This document shows positions 8,895 to 19,368 of a stretch of DNA of 40,000 nt, piece after piece. Position numbers and translations under genes: made by a program. Position 1 is the stretch's first letter. Every line of letters starts with the position of its first letter. Origin of the DNA: Pseudomonadota bacterium (GTDB lineage: Bacteria > Pseudomonadota > Gammaproteobacteria > Pseudomonadales > Halieaceae); the NCBI GenBank assembly GCA_038748515.1, contig JBCDIW010000002.1:382296-422295 (forward strand), in the 5' to 3' direction. Below the pieces are notes generated by a model. That model saw only the letters and a program-made list of their open reading frames with translations. It had not been told where the DNA came from and searched no databases.

Positions 8895-8970
8895 ATAACA
8901 AGTCAAGGCTGCAAGGGCGCTTCGCGCCGGGACGTCCGCTGCGCGGCCGCCCCAGCTTGAAGCGTTAGGC
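8895..8970 (+). repeat. attC 1 (type A)
   Basis: ATAACAAGTCAAGGCTGCAAGGGCGCTTCGCGCCGGGACGTCCGCTGCGCGGCCGCCCCAGCTTGAAGCGTTAGGC. R'' ATAAC pairs with R' GTTAG, and L''/L' pair with an extrahelical G. Confidence 0.9.
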
Positions 8971-8990
8971 ATCACCTTAGTCGTCTAAGT

Positions 8991-9335
8991 ATGTGGATTT
9001 ATCTGAAAGCTTTTACCTTCTGTCTCTGTGTGGCGATATTCACCAGCGCTATGCTTGCTGGGTCTGTCTCATTGCTGAAGCCTGAGCAAGCAAAACTTGC
9101 TGAGATCCCCTTGTCGCTTGCTTTCCTATTGCCTATGAATGCAGCTTGTGCGTTCTTGGTCGCTCGAAACCTTGTGGTTGAATCACCTCGCTCGCCGTTG
9201 ATGTTGTCGCTTGGCTTGGCTGTTGCATACCTTCTTCTTCTGCCAATCCAAAGCATCGGGAGTGTGGTTTCTTATACGGGGGTGATTGTGGCTATCGTTC
9301 TGGGGGCTCGGCCTTGGCGAGGCGCCGATGCCTAA
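8991..9335 (+). CDS. Cassette 2: small integral membrane protein, unknown function
   Basis: 114 aa with 3-4 hydrophobic helices. It fills the cassette between attC1 and attC2. Confidence 0.55.
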   Translation: MWIYLKAFTFCLCVAIFTSAMLAGSVSLLKPEQAKLAEIPLSLAFLLPMNAACAFLVARNLVVESPRSPLMLSLGLAVAYLLLLPIQSIGSVVSYTGVIVAIVLGARPWRGADA

Positions 9336-9407
9336 CAAGTCAAGGCTGCAGGGGCGCTTCGCGCCGGGACGTCCGCTACGCGGCCGCCCCAGCTTGAAGC
9401 GTTAGGT
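9332..9407 (+). repeat. attC 2 (type A)
   Basis: CTAACAAGTCAAGGCTGCAGGGGCGC...CAGCTTGAAGCGTTAGGT, near-identical to attC1. Confidence 0.9.
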
Positions 9408-9852
9408 GTCCCAGGTGAGTCCGATGACTCTAGGCGTTCTTGCTGTCCCTGTAGTTTTACTGGGGGCGATTTTTCTCGGCCCGGTGGTCTATAAGGCTTT
9501 CGACCCAGTTTGGGATTTGGTTATGAACAAATACTTATCGAACGTGTGGGGCGATTGGTTCACATACTCAATGCTAATTGCAATCGGGTTCGCAAAAGTA
9601 ATCTCCTTGGCCGGCCTGTCCACGTTATTGCCGGCAATCGTTCTGGCGTACATGCAGCTTGACGGAAGAAGTGCCGCGGTTAGTAGCGTCGTTACAGGCT
9701 CCATAGTTGCGTCAACCGCCTATCTAAGCGGAGTGTGGTCCTTCTACGTTCCGTTTCACTCTTCGCTATGGTTTGGTTTCGCTCTGATTACTTGTTTAGT
9801 TGCTCTGGCTATGTGGGTTGAAGCTAGGAGTTTTCGTTGGCTGCTGAAATAA
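9406..9852 (+). CDS. Cassette 3: integral membrane protein, unknown function (GTG start inside the attC2 core)
   Basis: 148 aa with about 4 hydrophobic helices. It fills the cassette. Confidence 0.55.
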   Translation: MSQVSPMTLGVLAVPVVLLGAIFLGPVVYKAFDPVWDLVMNKYLSNVWGDWFTYSMLIAIGFAKVISLAGLSTLLPAIVLAYMQLDGRSAAVSSVVTGSIVASTAYLSGVWSFYVPFHSSLWFGFALITCLVALAMWVEARSFRWLLK

Positions 9853-9855
9853 CAC

Positions 9856-9940
9856 CTAACAAGTCAAGGCTGCAAGGGCGCTTCGCGCCGGGACGATCAA
9901 ACCGCTACGCGGTTTGCCGCCCCAGCTTGAAGCGTTAACG
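9856..9940 (+). repeat. attC 3 (type A, longer central loop)
   Basis: CTAACAAGTCAAGGCTGCAAGGGCGCTTCGCGCCGGGACGATCAAACCGCTACGCGGTTTGCCGCCCCAGCTTGAAGCGTTAACG. Confidence 0.85.
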
Positions 9941-10231
9941 AGCGCATATCCCTCTGGCCAGGGTGAGAGGCAATCGGGTCGTATGACACCTCTGTTTAGT
10001 TATCCAATGATTAGCTTCTCAGTGGTCTCAAAACTAGTACGGTTCGTTCCTGGAGCCACATCTCCGGCCGGAGCTATCCTTCAGTCCGGTCGCTTCAGGC
10101 GGCGGGGTAGCGCGCTCAAAGATCTCTCTCTAATTTGCAGGACAGCGCGATTGCGCGGCGGATCCGCTCGGGCGTGGCCTTCGCATACGCTGCGGCAGGT
10201 TGGTCGCCTCGAAGTCCTTCCCAGCGCTGCG

Positions 10232-10317
10232 TTAACCAGTGAAGGCTGCAAGGGCGCTTCGCGCCGGGACACCAAAACCGCTACGCGGTTTCGGCGCCCC
10301 AGCTTGAAGCGTTATGC
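10232..10317 (+). repeat. attC 4 (type A variant)
   Basis: TTAACCAGTGAAGGCTGCAAGGGCGCTTCGCGCCGGGACACCAAAACCGCTACGCGGTTTCGGCGCCCCAGCTTGAAGCGTTATGC. Confidence 0.85.
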
Positions 10318-10330
10318 GTCCCTCTAGCGC

Positions 10331-10756
10331 ATGATTTGCGTCGAAACGCGGAGTTTCCAACAGCAGATTGAGGTGCTGAAGCACTTAGCAAGTGATCGTG
10401 CGCTGATGGTTTGTGCGTGGTTGTATCCCGAGTCGGAACTCCAAAGTATCGCTGGCTTCGATACTGACTTGGTTCCGGTCGGGCTACAGCCTGTTACCAC
10501 GTACGGTGACAACCATCAGCCGCGCCATACCACGCTGTGTATCGCCTCCAACGATGCGTTTGAAGCCTTCTCCGATGCGGAGTCCGAAGTGCGTGCAAAT
10601 TGCGATTGCCTCGCGCTCTACACGGAAGGCGAGTCGTCTTGGTATGCGTCAGCCATTGGGCACGAAGGCATGTGTTTGCTCAACACAGAAGCAACGCCGT
10701 CAGCTTTGAGAAACGCTGGCTTCACCATATCTAACGAGGCGCCGCCGTGGTGGTGA
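10331..10756 (+). CDS. Cassette 5: hypothetical cytoplasmic protein
   Basis: 141-aa ORF filling the cassette. No motif recognised; the protein ends ...NEAPPWW. Confidence 0.5.
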   Translation: MICVETRSFQQQIEVLKHLASDRALMVCAWLYPESELQSIAGFDTDLVPVGLQPVTTYGDNHQPRHTTLCIASNDAFEAFSDAESEVRANCDCLALYTEGESSWYASAIGHEGMCLLNTEATPSALRNAGFTISNEAPPWW

Positions 10757-10759
10757 CGC

Positions 10760-10835
10760 ATAACAAGTCAAGGCTGCAAGGGCGCTTCGCGCCGGGACGT
10801 CCGCTACGCGGCCGCCCCAGCTTGAAGCGTTATGC
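10760..10835 (+). repeat. attC 5 (type A)
   Basis: ATAACAAGTCAAGGCTGCAAGGGCGC...CAGCTTGAAGCGTTATGC. Confidence 0.9.
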
Positions 10836-10853
10836 GGCTTGAACTAGGCCCTC

Positions 10854-11087
10854 ATGCAATTTGAGATCATTGGGGCTATTGAATCCGCTGAAACTTTTGC
10901 AACGGGTCGGGGTATACGCGAGCTCCCGCGCCTCAAGCGCATTTATGGCAATGGACGATAGCGTAAGCGAAAGGGAGAGGCGACCATCCGCCTTACGGAT
11001 GGCACTATTCTTAGAGCGGAGATACACTGGTACGAAGCCACGGGTATCGGGCGCAAAGAGTACAAGATCAAGCGCCTACTGGACTGA
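10854..11087 (+). pseudogene. Cassette 6 gene A: small conserved protein interrupted by an in-frame TAG at 10959-10961 (probable TGG to TAG)
   Basis: ATG at 10854 gives MQFEIIGAIESAETFATGRGIRELPRLKRIYGNGR, then TAG. The same frame continues RKRKGEATIRLTDGTILRAEIHWYEATGIGRKEYKIKRLLD to the TGA at 11085. The GR-W-RK context and the HWYEA.GIG..E.KIK tail resemble a small protein family I recall from cassette and TA contexts. Confidence 0.5.
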
Positions 11088-11088
11088 T

Positions 11089-11310
11089 ATGACCATTCCA
11101 AAATACGTAATCTGCATCGAAAACACCGACTACGAGGCTTCACTGGAAGTGCGGAAGATCTACGAGGTGGTTCCGGACGCTCGGGCTCAGACTCTCGGGC
11201 ATCTACGTGTCATTGATGAGTCTGGTGAAGACTATATGTACCCCGCTGAGCGCTTCGTTGATGCTCACCTATCTAAGTCTGTCGAAGAGGCAGTCGCAAA
11301 CGCCGCATAA
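11089..11310 (+). CDS. Cassette 6 gene B: small acidic protein (73 aa), possible partner of gene A
   Basis: The ATG lies 1 nt after the gene A stop. MTIPKYVICIENTDYEASLEVRKIYEVVPDARAQTLGHLRVIDESGEDYMYPAERF... reads as a globular protein. The upstream part of the 149-aa track ORF is a different-frame artefact. Confidence 0.5.
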   Translation: MTIPKYVICIENTDYEASLEVRKIYEVVPDARAQTLGHLRVIDESGEDYMYPAERFVDAHLSKSVEEAVANAA

Positions 11311-11394
11311 CAAGGCCAGGCAGCTCGCTCCCTTCGGTCGCCGGACGTCAAAATCGCTACGCGCTTTTGCCGCCCGCTGCTGGCAGCGTTAAGC
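11307..11394 (+). repeat. attC 6 (type B)
   Basis: ATAACAAGGCCAGGCAGCTCGCTCCCTTCGGTCGCCGGACGTCAAAATCGCTACGCGCTTTTGCCGCCCGCTGCTGGCAGCGTTAAGC. Confidence 0.85.
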
Positions 11395-11419
11395 GGCTGC
11401 ATCCACTACTCGTGCCAAC

Positions 11420-11656
11420 GTGAAAGTCACCAAGTACTTCGAATCTCTGTCTGCTCGACCTGATCGTGCGGGCATCAAACCTGAGTGGATCCAGCGAGTT
11501 GTGCGTGCTCCCGAAAGAGAGCATATTCAGGCCGACGGCCGCATACGACGGTGGGCTCCTGTGCCGGAGATGCAAGGCCGTTACTTGCGTGTAGTCCTGC
11601 TTCCCGACGGCGAAACAGTTCACAACGCGTTTTTTGATAGGGGCTACAAGCCGTGA
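11420..11656 (+). CDS. Cassette 7 gene 1: DUF4258-like putative toxin
   Basis: 78 aa. The ...GRYLRVVLLPDGETVHNAFFDRGY tail is typical of DUF4258. Its stop overlaps the next start (GTGA at 11653-11656). Confidence 0.65.
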   Translation: MKVTKYFESLSARPDRAGIKPEWIQRVVRAPEREHIQADGRIRRWAPVPEMQGRYLRVVLLPDGETVHNAFFDRGYKP

Positions 11657-11850
11657 AAGCTAAATACTTCAGAGATACCGATACGCTCTACATCGAGTTT
11701 AGAGCAGGTGACATCGTCGAAACGCGCGATCTCGATGAAGATACAGTGATTGAACTCGATGCCAACGGGAACATCTGTGCAATGACCATGGAGCACGCCA
11801 AAGATCGCACCGATGCACTCCACTTCACATTCGAAGAAGTCGCCGCTTAA
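11653..11850 (+). CDS. Cassette 7 gene 2: DUF2283-like putative antitoxin
   Basis: 65 aa. MKAKYFRDTDTLYIEFRAGDIVETRDLDEDTVIELDANGNICAMTMEHA fits the DUF2283 pattern (D.lYi.f....es.e....v..D..G.i.g.e). Confidence 0.65.
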   Translation: MKAKYFRDTDTLYIEFRAGDIVETRDLDEDTVIELDANGNICAMTMEHAKDRTDALHFTFEEVAA

Positions 11851-11925
11851 CAAGGTGTGGCTGGCGCTCCGCTGGGACGTCAAAACCGCTGCGCGGTTTC
11901 GCCGCCCCAGCACACGGCGTTATGC
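11847..11925 (+). repeat. attC 7 (variant arms)
   Basis: TTAACAAGGTGTGGCTGGCGCTCCGCTGGGACGTCAAAACCGCTGCGCGGTTTCGCCGCCCCAGCACACGGCGTTATGC. Confidence 0.8.
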
Positions 11926-12284
11926 GTAACTCCGCCGCACTTCGCCTTTTGGCGGTGATGCCTCTCGGAATTCTGCTCTGGGAATGGGCTTCTTGGCTCG
12001 AGCTCGCGCAGGAGCATGCTTCGCGTCCAGCAGGATCAACGCTACTTGTGAATGTATCCGGAGTGATTGTCCTCGGCCTTCTTGTCAGCCAGTCTGCCCC
12101 TTCCAGGTCGATGTCGATGTTGGCGTTGGGCTGGTGTGCAATCTCCGTAGTGGAGACGATGTTTAGTTTCCAGGTATTCGAGTTTAAGGGGTTGATTGCT
12201 GCTTGGGTGGCTCCGGCGTTACTACAGGTTTTGGTTCTAAGTCCTGCCATTGCGTTGGCGTATCGCAATGCCCGTCACGCATAA
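11922..12284 (+). CDS. Cassette 8: small integral membrane protein (ATG inside the attC7 GTTATGC core)
   Basis: 120 aa with 3-4 hydrophobic helices. Confidence 0.5.
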   Translation: MRNSAALRLLAVMPLGILLWEWASWLELAQEHASRPAGSTLLVNVSGVIVLGLLVSQSAPSRSMSMLALGWCAISVVETMFSFQVFEFKGLIAAWVAPALLQVLVLSPAIALAYRNARHA

Positions 12285-12368
12285 CAAGGCCAGGCAGTTC
12301 GCTCCCTTTGGTCGCCGGACGTCCAATCCGCTGCGCGGCTTGGCCGTCCGCTGCTGGCGGCGTTATGC
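12281..12368 (+). repeat. attC 8 (type B)
   Basis: ATAACAAGGCCAGGCAGTTCGCTCCCTTTGGTCGCCGGACGTCCAATCCGCTGCGCGGCTTGGCCGTCCGCTGCTGGCGGCGTTATGC. Confidence 0.85.
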
Positions 12369-12413
12369 GGCTACCGACTTGACATACCGAATAGGGTATA
12401 TATCGTATAAAGT

Positions 12414-12698
12414 ATGTGGGTTGTCTACGAACATCGAAACGTCGATAAGCAGCTCGCGAAGACGCCTTCGGAGGTTCAGAAGCGTTACGAGAAGTGGAAA
12501 GACATCGTTGAGTTGTCCGGCCCGCAGGGAGTAAAGCTTATTCGTGGGTTTCGTGATGAAGCCCTACGAGGTGAATGGAAGGGCTATCGATCCTCCCGCC
12601 TCAACCAGCAGTATCGAGTTATCTACAGACTCGATGGAAGTAGATTCGAAGTATTCGTGGTCGATGTCACGCCCCACGATTATCGAAGGAAATCCTGA
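12414..12698 (+). CDS. Cassette 9 gene 1: RelE/ParE-superfamily (HigB-like) toxin
   Basis: 94 aa. ...LRGEWKGYRSSRLNQQYRVIYRLDGSRFEVFVVDVTPHDY is the typical RelE-fold C-terminus. Its stop overlaps the next start (ATGA). Confidence 0.8.
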   Translation: MWVVYEHRNVDKQLAKTPSEVQKRYEKWKDIVELSGPQGVKLIRGFRDEALRGEWKGYRSSRLNQQYRVIYRLDGSRFEVFVVDVTPHDYRRKS

Positions 12699-12958
12699 TG
12701 AGTGACTTTCGAAAAGCAAAACGTCGCGTTGCCGTATCTCCCGGTGAGTCTGTGAGAATCATCCGTGAGCTTCAAGAACTTAGCCAAAACCAGCTTGCAG
12801 AACTGGCTGGAATGCCACAATCAACAATCTCAGCAATCGAGACCGGAAGAGTCAATCTAGGAGTAGATCGCGCCAAGACTCTCGCGCGTGTGCTGAAGTG
12901 TCATCCAGCAGTATTGGTGTTCCCTGGATGGGATGTTGGTACTGAATCCGCCGCATAA
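12698..12958 (+). CDS. Cassette 9 gene 2: XRE-family HTH antitoxin (HigA-like)
   Basis: 86 aa with an HTH motif (LSQNQLAELAGMPQSTISAIETGRVNLGVDRAKTLARVL). It is translationally coupled to the toxin. Confidence 0.8.
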   Translation: MSDFRKAKRRVAVSPGESVRIIRELQELSQNQLAELAGMPQSTISAIETGRVNLGVDRAKTLARVLKCHPAVLVFPGWDVGTESAA

Positions 12959-13030
12959 CAAGTCAAGGCTGCAAGGGCGCTTCGCGCCGGGACGTCCGCT
13001 GCGCGGCCGCCCCAGCTTGAAGCGTTATAT
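12955..13030 (+). repeat. attC 9 (type A)
   Basis: ATAACAAGTCAAGGCTGCAAGGGCGC...CAGCTTGAAGCGTTATAT. Confidence 0.9.
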
Positions 13031-13063
13031 GGATGGCGCCAGCAATACCGCAGTGACTTCGTT

Positions 13064-13462
13064 ATGAATGAGTCTAATCTTGTAGAGGTAGTGATCTACA
13101 TCCGGGAGCAAATCGCGTTCCTGTGGAATTTTTATGTCACTGTGAGTGCGGTACTAATCGGGTGGGTGTTTTCTTCTAAGATGCAATGGTCGAGAGAGGT
13201 AGGCCTTATTGTACGAGGGCTGTTCGTGGTGTTTGCCTCAATCAATGGAATAGCGCTTTACAACGAGTACTCTCTAATGCACTTGGCAATAGATGATCTC
13301 CGGTCTCGCTCAGATGCAACGAGTGGCTTTGTCTACGAGTTTTCTCGTTCGGGCGGTCTTGGGCCGTCTGTTGCGGCGCTTACCCATCTCGTGGGTGATA
13401 TCGTCATTCTGTCACTTATCAATTTGCGGCTCCGCAGTGTTCTCCCACCTAGATCCACATAA
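13064..13462 (+). CDS. Cassette 10: integral membrane protein, unknown function
   Basis: 132 aa with 3-4 hydrophobic helices. The stop lies in the ATAAC inverse core of its attC. Confidence 0.5.
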   Translation: MNESNLVEVVIYIREQIAFLWNFYVTVSAVLIGWVFSSKMQWSREVGLIVRGLFVVFASINGIALYNEYSLMHLAIDDLRSRSDATSGFVYEFSRSGGLGPSVAALTHLVGDIVILSLINLRLRSVLPPRST

Positions 13463-13466
13463 CAAG

Positions 13467-14663
<1,197 letters not shown>

Positions 14664-14761
14664 ATCATACAAGTCAAGGCTGCAGGGGCGCTTCGCGCCG
14701 GGACGTCCGCTACGCTGCCGCCCAGCTTGACGCGATAGATGTGCTTGTCCGAGGTTGCGAT

Positions 14762-14962
14762 ATGCCAAAAAGTCCTGACAAGCAGAATCCTGAGAATGCT
14801 TCCTCATCAGGTGCTGCGATCGCTATAGGTGTAGGTATCGGAGTAGCGTTCGGCTTGCCGTTTGGGTTGGCAATAGAGAATGTTGGTGTCGGCGTGGGCG
14901 TTGGCACGGGTATCGGTGTTGCGCTTGGCATTGCTATTGGTGCGGCTAGAGGGAAGTCCTAG
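14762..14962 (+). CDS. Cassette 11: glycine-zipper small membrane protein
   Basis: 66 aa from the ATG at 14762, with GAGG 8 nt upstream. The GAAIAIGVGIGVAFGLPFGLAIENVGVGVGVGTGIGVALGIAIGAA repeats form a GxxxG zipper. Confidence 0.5.
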   Translation: MPKSPDKQNPENASSSGAAIAIGVGIGVAFGLPFGLAIENVGVGVGVGTGIGVALGIAIGAARGKS

Positions 14963-14985
14963 CGTGTCTTGTCTAGATCGCCCAC

Positions 14986-15070
14986 CTAACGAGTTAAGGC
15001 TTCAAGGTCGCTTTGTGCCGGGACGTCAAAACCGTTACGCCGTTTCGCCGCCCGTGCTTGAAGCCTTGCC
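14986..15070 (+). repeat. attC 11 (diverged type A, degenerate R')
   Basis: CTAACGAGTTAAGGCTTCAAGGTCGCTTTGTGCCGGGACGTCAAAACCGTTACGCCGTTTCGCCGCCCGTGCTTGAAGCCTTGCCT. Confidence 0.65.
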
Positions 15071-15118
15071 TGCCTTAAGGAGCAGGGATGCACCGGAACC
15101 GTTTTAGAGCTCTGCAAC

Positions 15119-15292
15119 ATGCGAATCATCGGTCCAGATTCGGCTATGGCCGTTACGAAATGGAGGCGCCTCGGCCGGGGCGACGAAGTCGTCGAGCGCC
15201 TGGGAACGACATACACGCTAGTGAAAGTAGGGGCTGAGTGGAAAGTAGCCGTCGTGATAGTACACGATGAGGATGTAGTTCTTTTCGAATAA
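15119..15292 (+). pseudogene. Cassette 12: possible remnant of an NTF2-like/DUF4440-type gene (57-aa ORF)
   Basis: MRIIGPDSAMAVTKWRRLGRGDEVVERLGTTYTLVKVGAEWKVAVVIVHDEDVVLFE resembles only the C-terminal strands of an NTF2-like fold. It is below the ORF-track cutoff. A competing Arg-rich 49-aa ORF with a strong AAGGAG site starts at 15088. Confidence 0.25.
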
Positions 15293-15332
15293 CGGCAAGG
15301 TGGTTATCGGTGCGAAACAATTGCTCCGCATC

Positions 15333-15404
15333 GTACGTGGCCAGGCAAGCCGCTTCGCGGAACATCAAACCGACAGTTTGCCGCCCATGCTGGTAGCGTT
15401 ATGT
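15333..15404 (+). repeat. attC 12 (type B, degenerate R''), last recognisable attC
   Basis: ...GTGGCCAGGCAAGCCGCTTCGCGGAACATCAAACCGACAGTTTGCCGCCCATGCTGGTAGCGTTATGT. Confidence 0.6.
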
Positions 15405-15944
15405 GTCTCTTTCTATGCCCAGCTAGTTCGAGAGGTGCTGAAATGAAGGGCCAGGAGGCCCGCTCAGCATCCATCCCAGTTCGAACCGTCGTTTAGCGTA
15501 GTCAGATGATTGTACTTCGACGCCTTGTACCAGACGATGCTCCGGAAGTTGCCTCCTTGGTTGGCGACGCAGCGGTCTCAAAGAGGACGTCGAGTTTCCC
15601 CCATCCATACCACGAGCGAGATGCGATCGCCGCAGCTTGAACTCTCGGGCTTTGTCCCCACTTCTAAAGCTGACGTAAAGTGCTTTCTGCGGCGTACTGT
15701 TTCGACGTCGTGGGCAAAAGCGCTGTCGTGGCGAGTCAGCATTGACGGTAGGGATGACGTGCAACCACTGCGATGCGAACGTTGGCTTAGAGCGTAAGGA
15801 TCAGTAAGGGGCTCAGCCACGATGCAAAGATCTTTCAAAACTCGTGCATCAGTCAGGAGTACGAGGCTACATTGTCGCTGGCGTATTGAAAGCGGCTGAA
15901 TGATCAAGCTGCTATCTGTCAACCAACGGATGGAATGAGCTGCG

Positions 15945-16511
15945 ATGAGTTCTACGAAGGATGCCTTGTTTAAAGTGTTGTTGACAGGAGTTACTAAAGG
16001 GACCCGCCTGAGAGCCTCCCCTACACCAGCTGATCGCCGCGCCGCGTTCGCCGCGGGTGTGGTGGTGCTATGGAGTTCATTTGTCGTTCCATCGATTGCG
16101 CAGGAAAAAGCCGTGTATGTAGCGAAAGGAAGCTTCGAAGTGAATATAAAGCCCTCGAAAGAGGCCGATGAGGCGGATGGTGTTTCCCTGGGTCGATTCG
16201 ATCTCGAGAAGGGCTTTTCGGGTGATCTGATCGGAACCTCCGAGGGCGAGATGCTCACCGCCAGGACCGCAACAGAGGGATCCGCAGGCTACGTTGCGAT
16301 TGAGCGTTTTACGGGATCATTGAAAGGGCTCGCCGGCACGTTTGTGCTTCAGCACACGGGGACGATGCAGGCCGGCGATCAGACTCTCGCGATATCAATT
16401 GTGCCGGATTCCGGAACGGGCGAGCTTTCGGGCATCTCAGGGAATTTTCAGCTCCGTATCGAGGGTGGAGATCACTACTATGAACTCGAATACTCACTGG
16501 GCGACGGGTAG
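15945..16511 (+). CDS. DUF3224-family protein with an N-terminal signal-like extension
   Basis: The C-terminal 130 aa (GSFEVNIKP...FSGDLIGTSEGEMLTA...GYVAIERFTGSL.G..GTFVLQHTG...) matches my recollection of DUF3224. Confidence 0.65.
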   Translation: MSSTKDALFKVLLTGVTKGTRLRASPTPADRRAAFAAGVVVLWSSFVVPSIAQEKAVYVAKGSFEVNIKPSKEADEADGVSLGRFDLEKGFSGDLIGTSEGEMLTARTATEGSAGYVAIERFTGSLKGLAGTFVLQHTGTMQAGDQTLAISIVPDSGTGELSGISGNFQLRIEGGDHYYELEYSLGDG

Positions 16512-16531
16512 GCGGCGAACGGGATACAGAT

Positions 16532-17155
16532 TTGAAGCTGACCGTAATCAGTGACACGCATGGAACGCAGGAAAGCCTTGGAAATTTGTCCGGCGAGGTG
16601 CTGATCCACTGCGGCGACATGTTCAACATGTTTGACGAGTCCCACGATGATTTTGAGCGCATGGATGACTGGTTCGGCCGGCAGGACTTTGAGCTCATTC
16701 TCTGTACGGGCGGGAACCACGACTTTGAGTTGCAAAAAAGGGCGCTGTACACGGACAGGCCCTTTCGCAATGCAGTTTTTCTTGAGGGCGAGAGTTTTAC
16801 GTTTAAGGACGTCGTTTTCTTCGGCGCGCCCTGGGTGCCGGACCTCTACGGTCAGGCCTTCTTTAAGGATGACGACGAGCTGCCTAGCCGATGGGCTGAG
16901 ATCCCCGATAATGTGGATGTGCTGATTACGCACACGCCACCCTTTGGCGTGTTGGACGTGTCTTCTTCGGGGATGGTCCTGGGATGCAGGCATCTGTCAG
17001 CAGCGGTGTCTCGGGCACAGCCCACGGTGCACTGTTTCGGTCATGTCCACGCGAGCGCTGGCAGGGAGGTCGATGGGCAAACGACCTATATCAACGCTGC
17101 GTTGGCGAACAAACGGCATCAGGTTAGTCGCCCGCCCTACGAGATCGATATCTAA
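16532..17155 (+). CDS. Metallophosphoesterase (calcineurin-like)
   Basis: The VISDTHG, HCGDMF, GGNHD, ITHTPP and CFGHVH motifs appear in the canonical order. TTG start. Confidence 0.8.
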   Translation: MKLTVISDTHGTQESLGNLSGEVLIHCGDMFNMFDESHDDFERMDDWFGRQDFELILCTGGNHDFELQKRALYTDRPFRNAVFLEGESFTFKDVVFFGAPWVPDLYGQAFFKDDDELPSRWAEIPDNVDVLITHTPPFGVLDVSSSGMVLGCRHLSAAVSRAQPTVHCFGHVHASAGREVDGQTTYINAALANKRHQVSRPPYEIDI

Positions 17156-17179
17156 CATGCCCGGGGACGCGGGTTATCG

Positions 17180-17497
17180 GTGCCGGGTTGTCAGTCGAGG
17201 AAGGCGAGATCGTGCTCTTTCTTCCTGGCGCAGTTTTACTTGGTGCCATTCGTGTTTGGCGTTTTAGGCGCCCGCGCGGCCTGGGAGGCGATGCAGCCCC
17301 GCAGGAAGAAGTGTGGGCGCTGCGGCCTCTACTACCGCGAGAGCCTTGAGAAGTGCCGTTGGTGTGGAGACCTGGATGAAAACGGCCTGGCTGAATTGAA
17401 GGCGCGGTTGGACCGTGAGCACCGGGGCAACAAGTCCCTTGGCCACCTGTTTTTTCTCATCGCTGTGGCATGCGCTGTCGTTGTCCTGCTGATCTGA
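17180..17497 (+). CDS. Small zinc-ribbon protein with a C-terminal transmembrane helix (start uncertain)
   Basis: A CGRCG...CRWCG pair of CxxC motifs, followed by a coiled segment and the hydrophobic tail LFFLIAVACAVVVLLI. Confidence 0.4.
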   Translation: MPGCQSRKARSCSFFLAQFYLVPFVFGVLGARAAWEAMQPRRKKCGRCGLYYRESLEKCRWCGDLDENGLAELKARLDREHRGNKSLGHLFFLIAVACAVVVLLI

Positions 17498-17579
17498 CGA
17501 TCCACACGCCGACGAATACATCGACCCCCGTCCTGCTTGCGTACACCTCTCGTAGATCCAAAAAGCAAGTAAAGATCCT

Positions 17580-19223
<1,644 letters not shown>

Positions 19224-19368
19224 TGAGCCTCGCGGTGAAGGTCCGGATGCCCAGCCAGCGTCCGTTGGAGGCGAAGCCGGAAAGCGCTTTATCCCGCAAC
19301 TTCGAACGGGTTTCTAGAGTAGTGCTGCGCTACGCCTCCAGCACTGACTCATCCCCTTAGCGTGCTCC

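Noticed and set aside
9914-10327. 137-aa ORF in the cassette array
   Set aside because: It starts inside attC3 and runs through attC4, and its translation is Arg/Ser-rich. A real cassette ORF would be bounded by the attC sites.
10861-11310. 149-aa track ORF as a single gene in cassette 6
   Set aside because: Only its last 73 aa look protein-like. The upstream part is better explained by a different frame encoding a conserved-looking small protein with one in-frame TAG.
15690-15790. A GMTCNHC motif (heavy-metal-associated domain signature) in one plus-strand frame
   Set aside because: The frame has no start codon and stops 12 codons after the motif, and no HMA-like continuation was found in the other frames. 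It could be chance or a tiny relic.
19321-19345. Hairpin AGTGCTG-N11-CAGCACT after the ALS-like gene, considered as an attC remnant or terminator
   Set aside because: It has no RYYYAAC/GTTRRRY ends, so it is not an attC. No U-tract follows the stem, so it cannot be called an intrinsic terminator.
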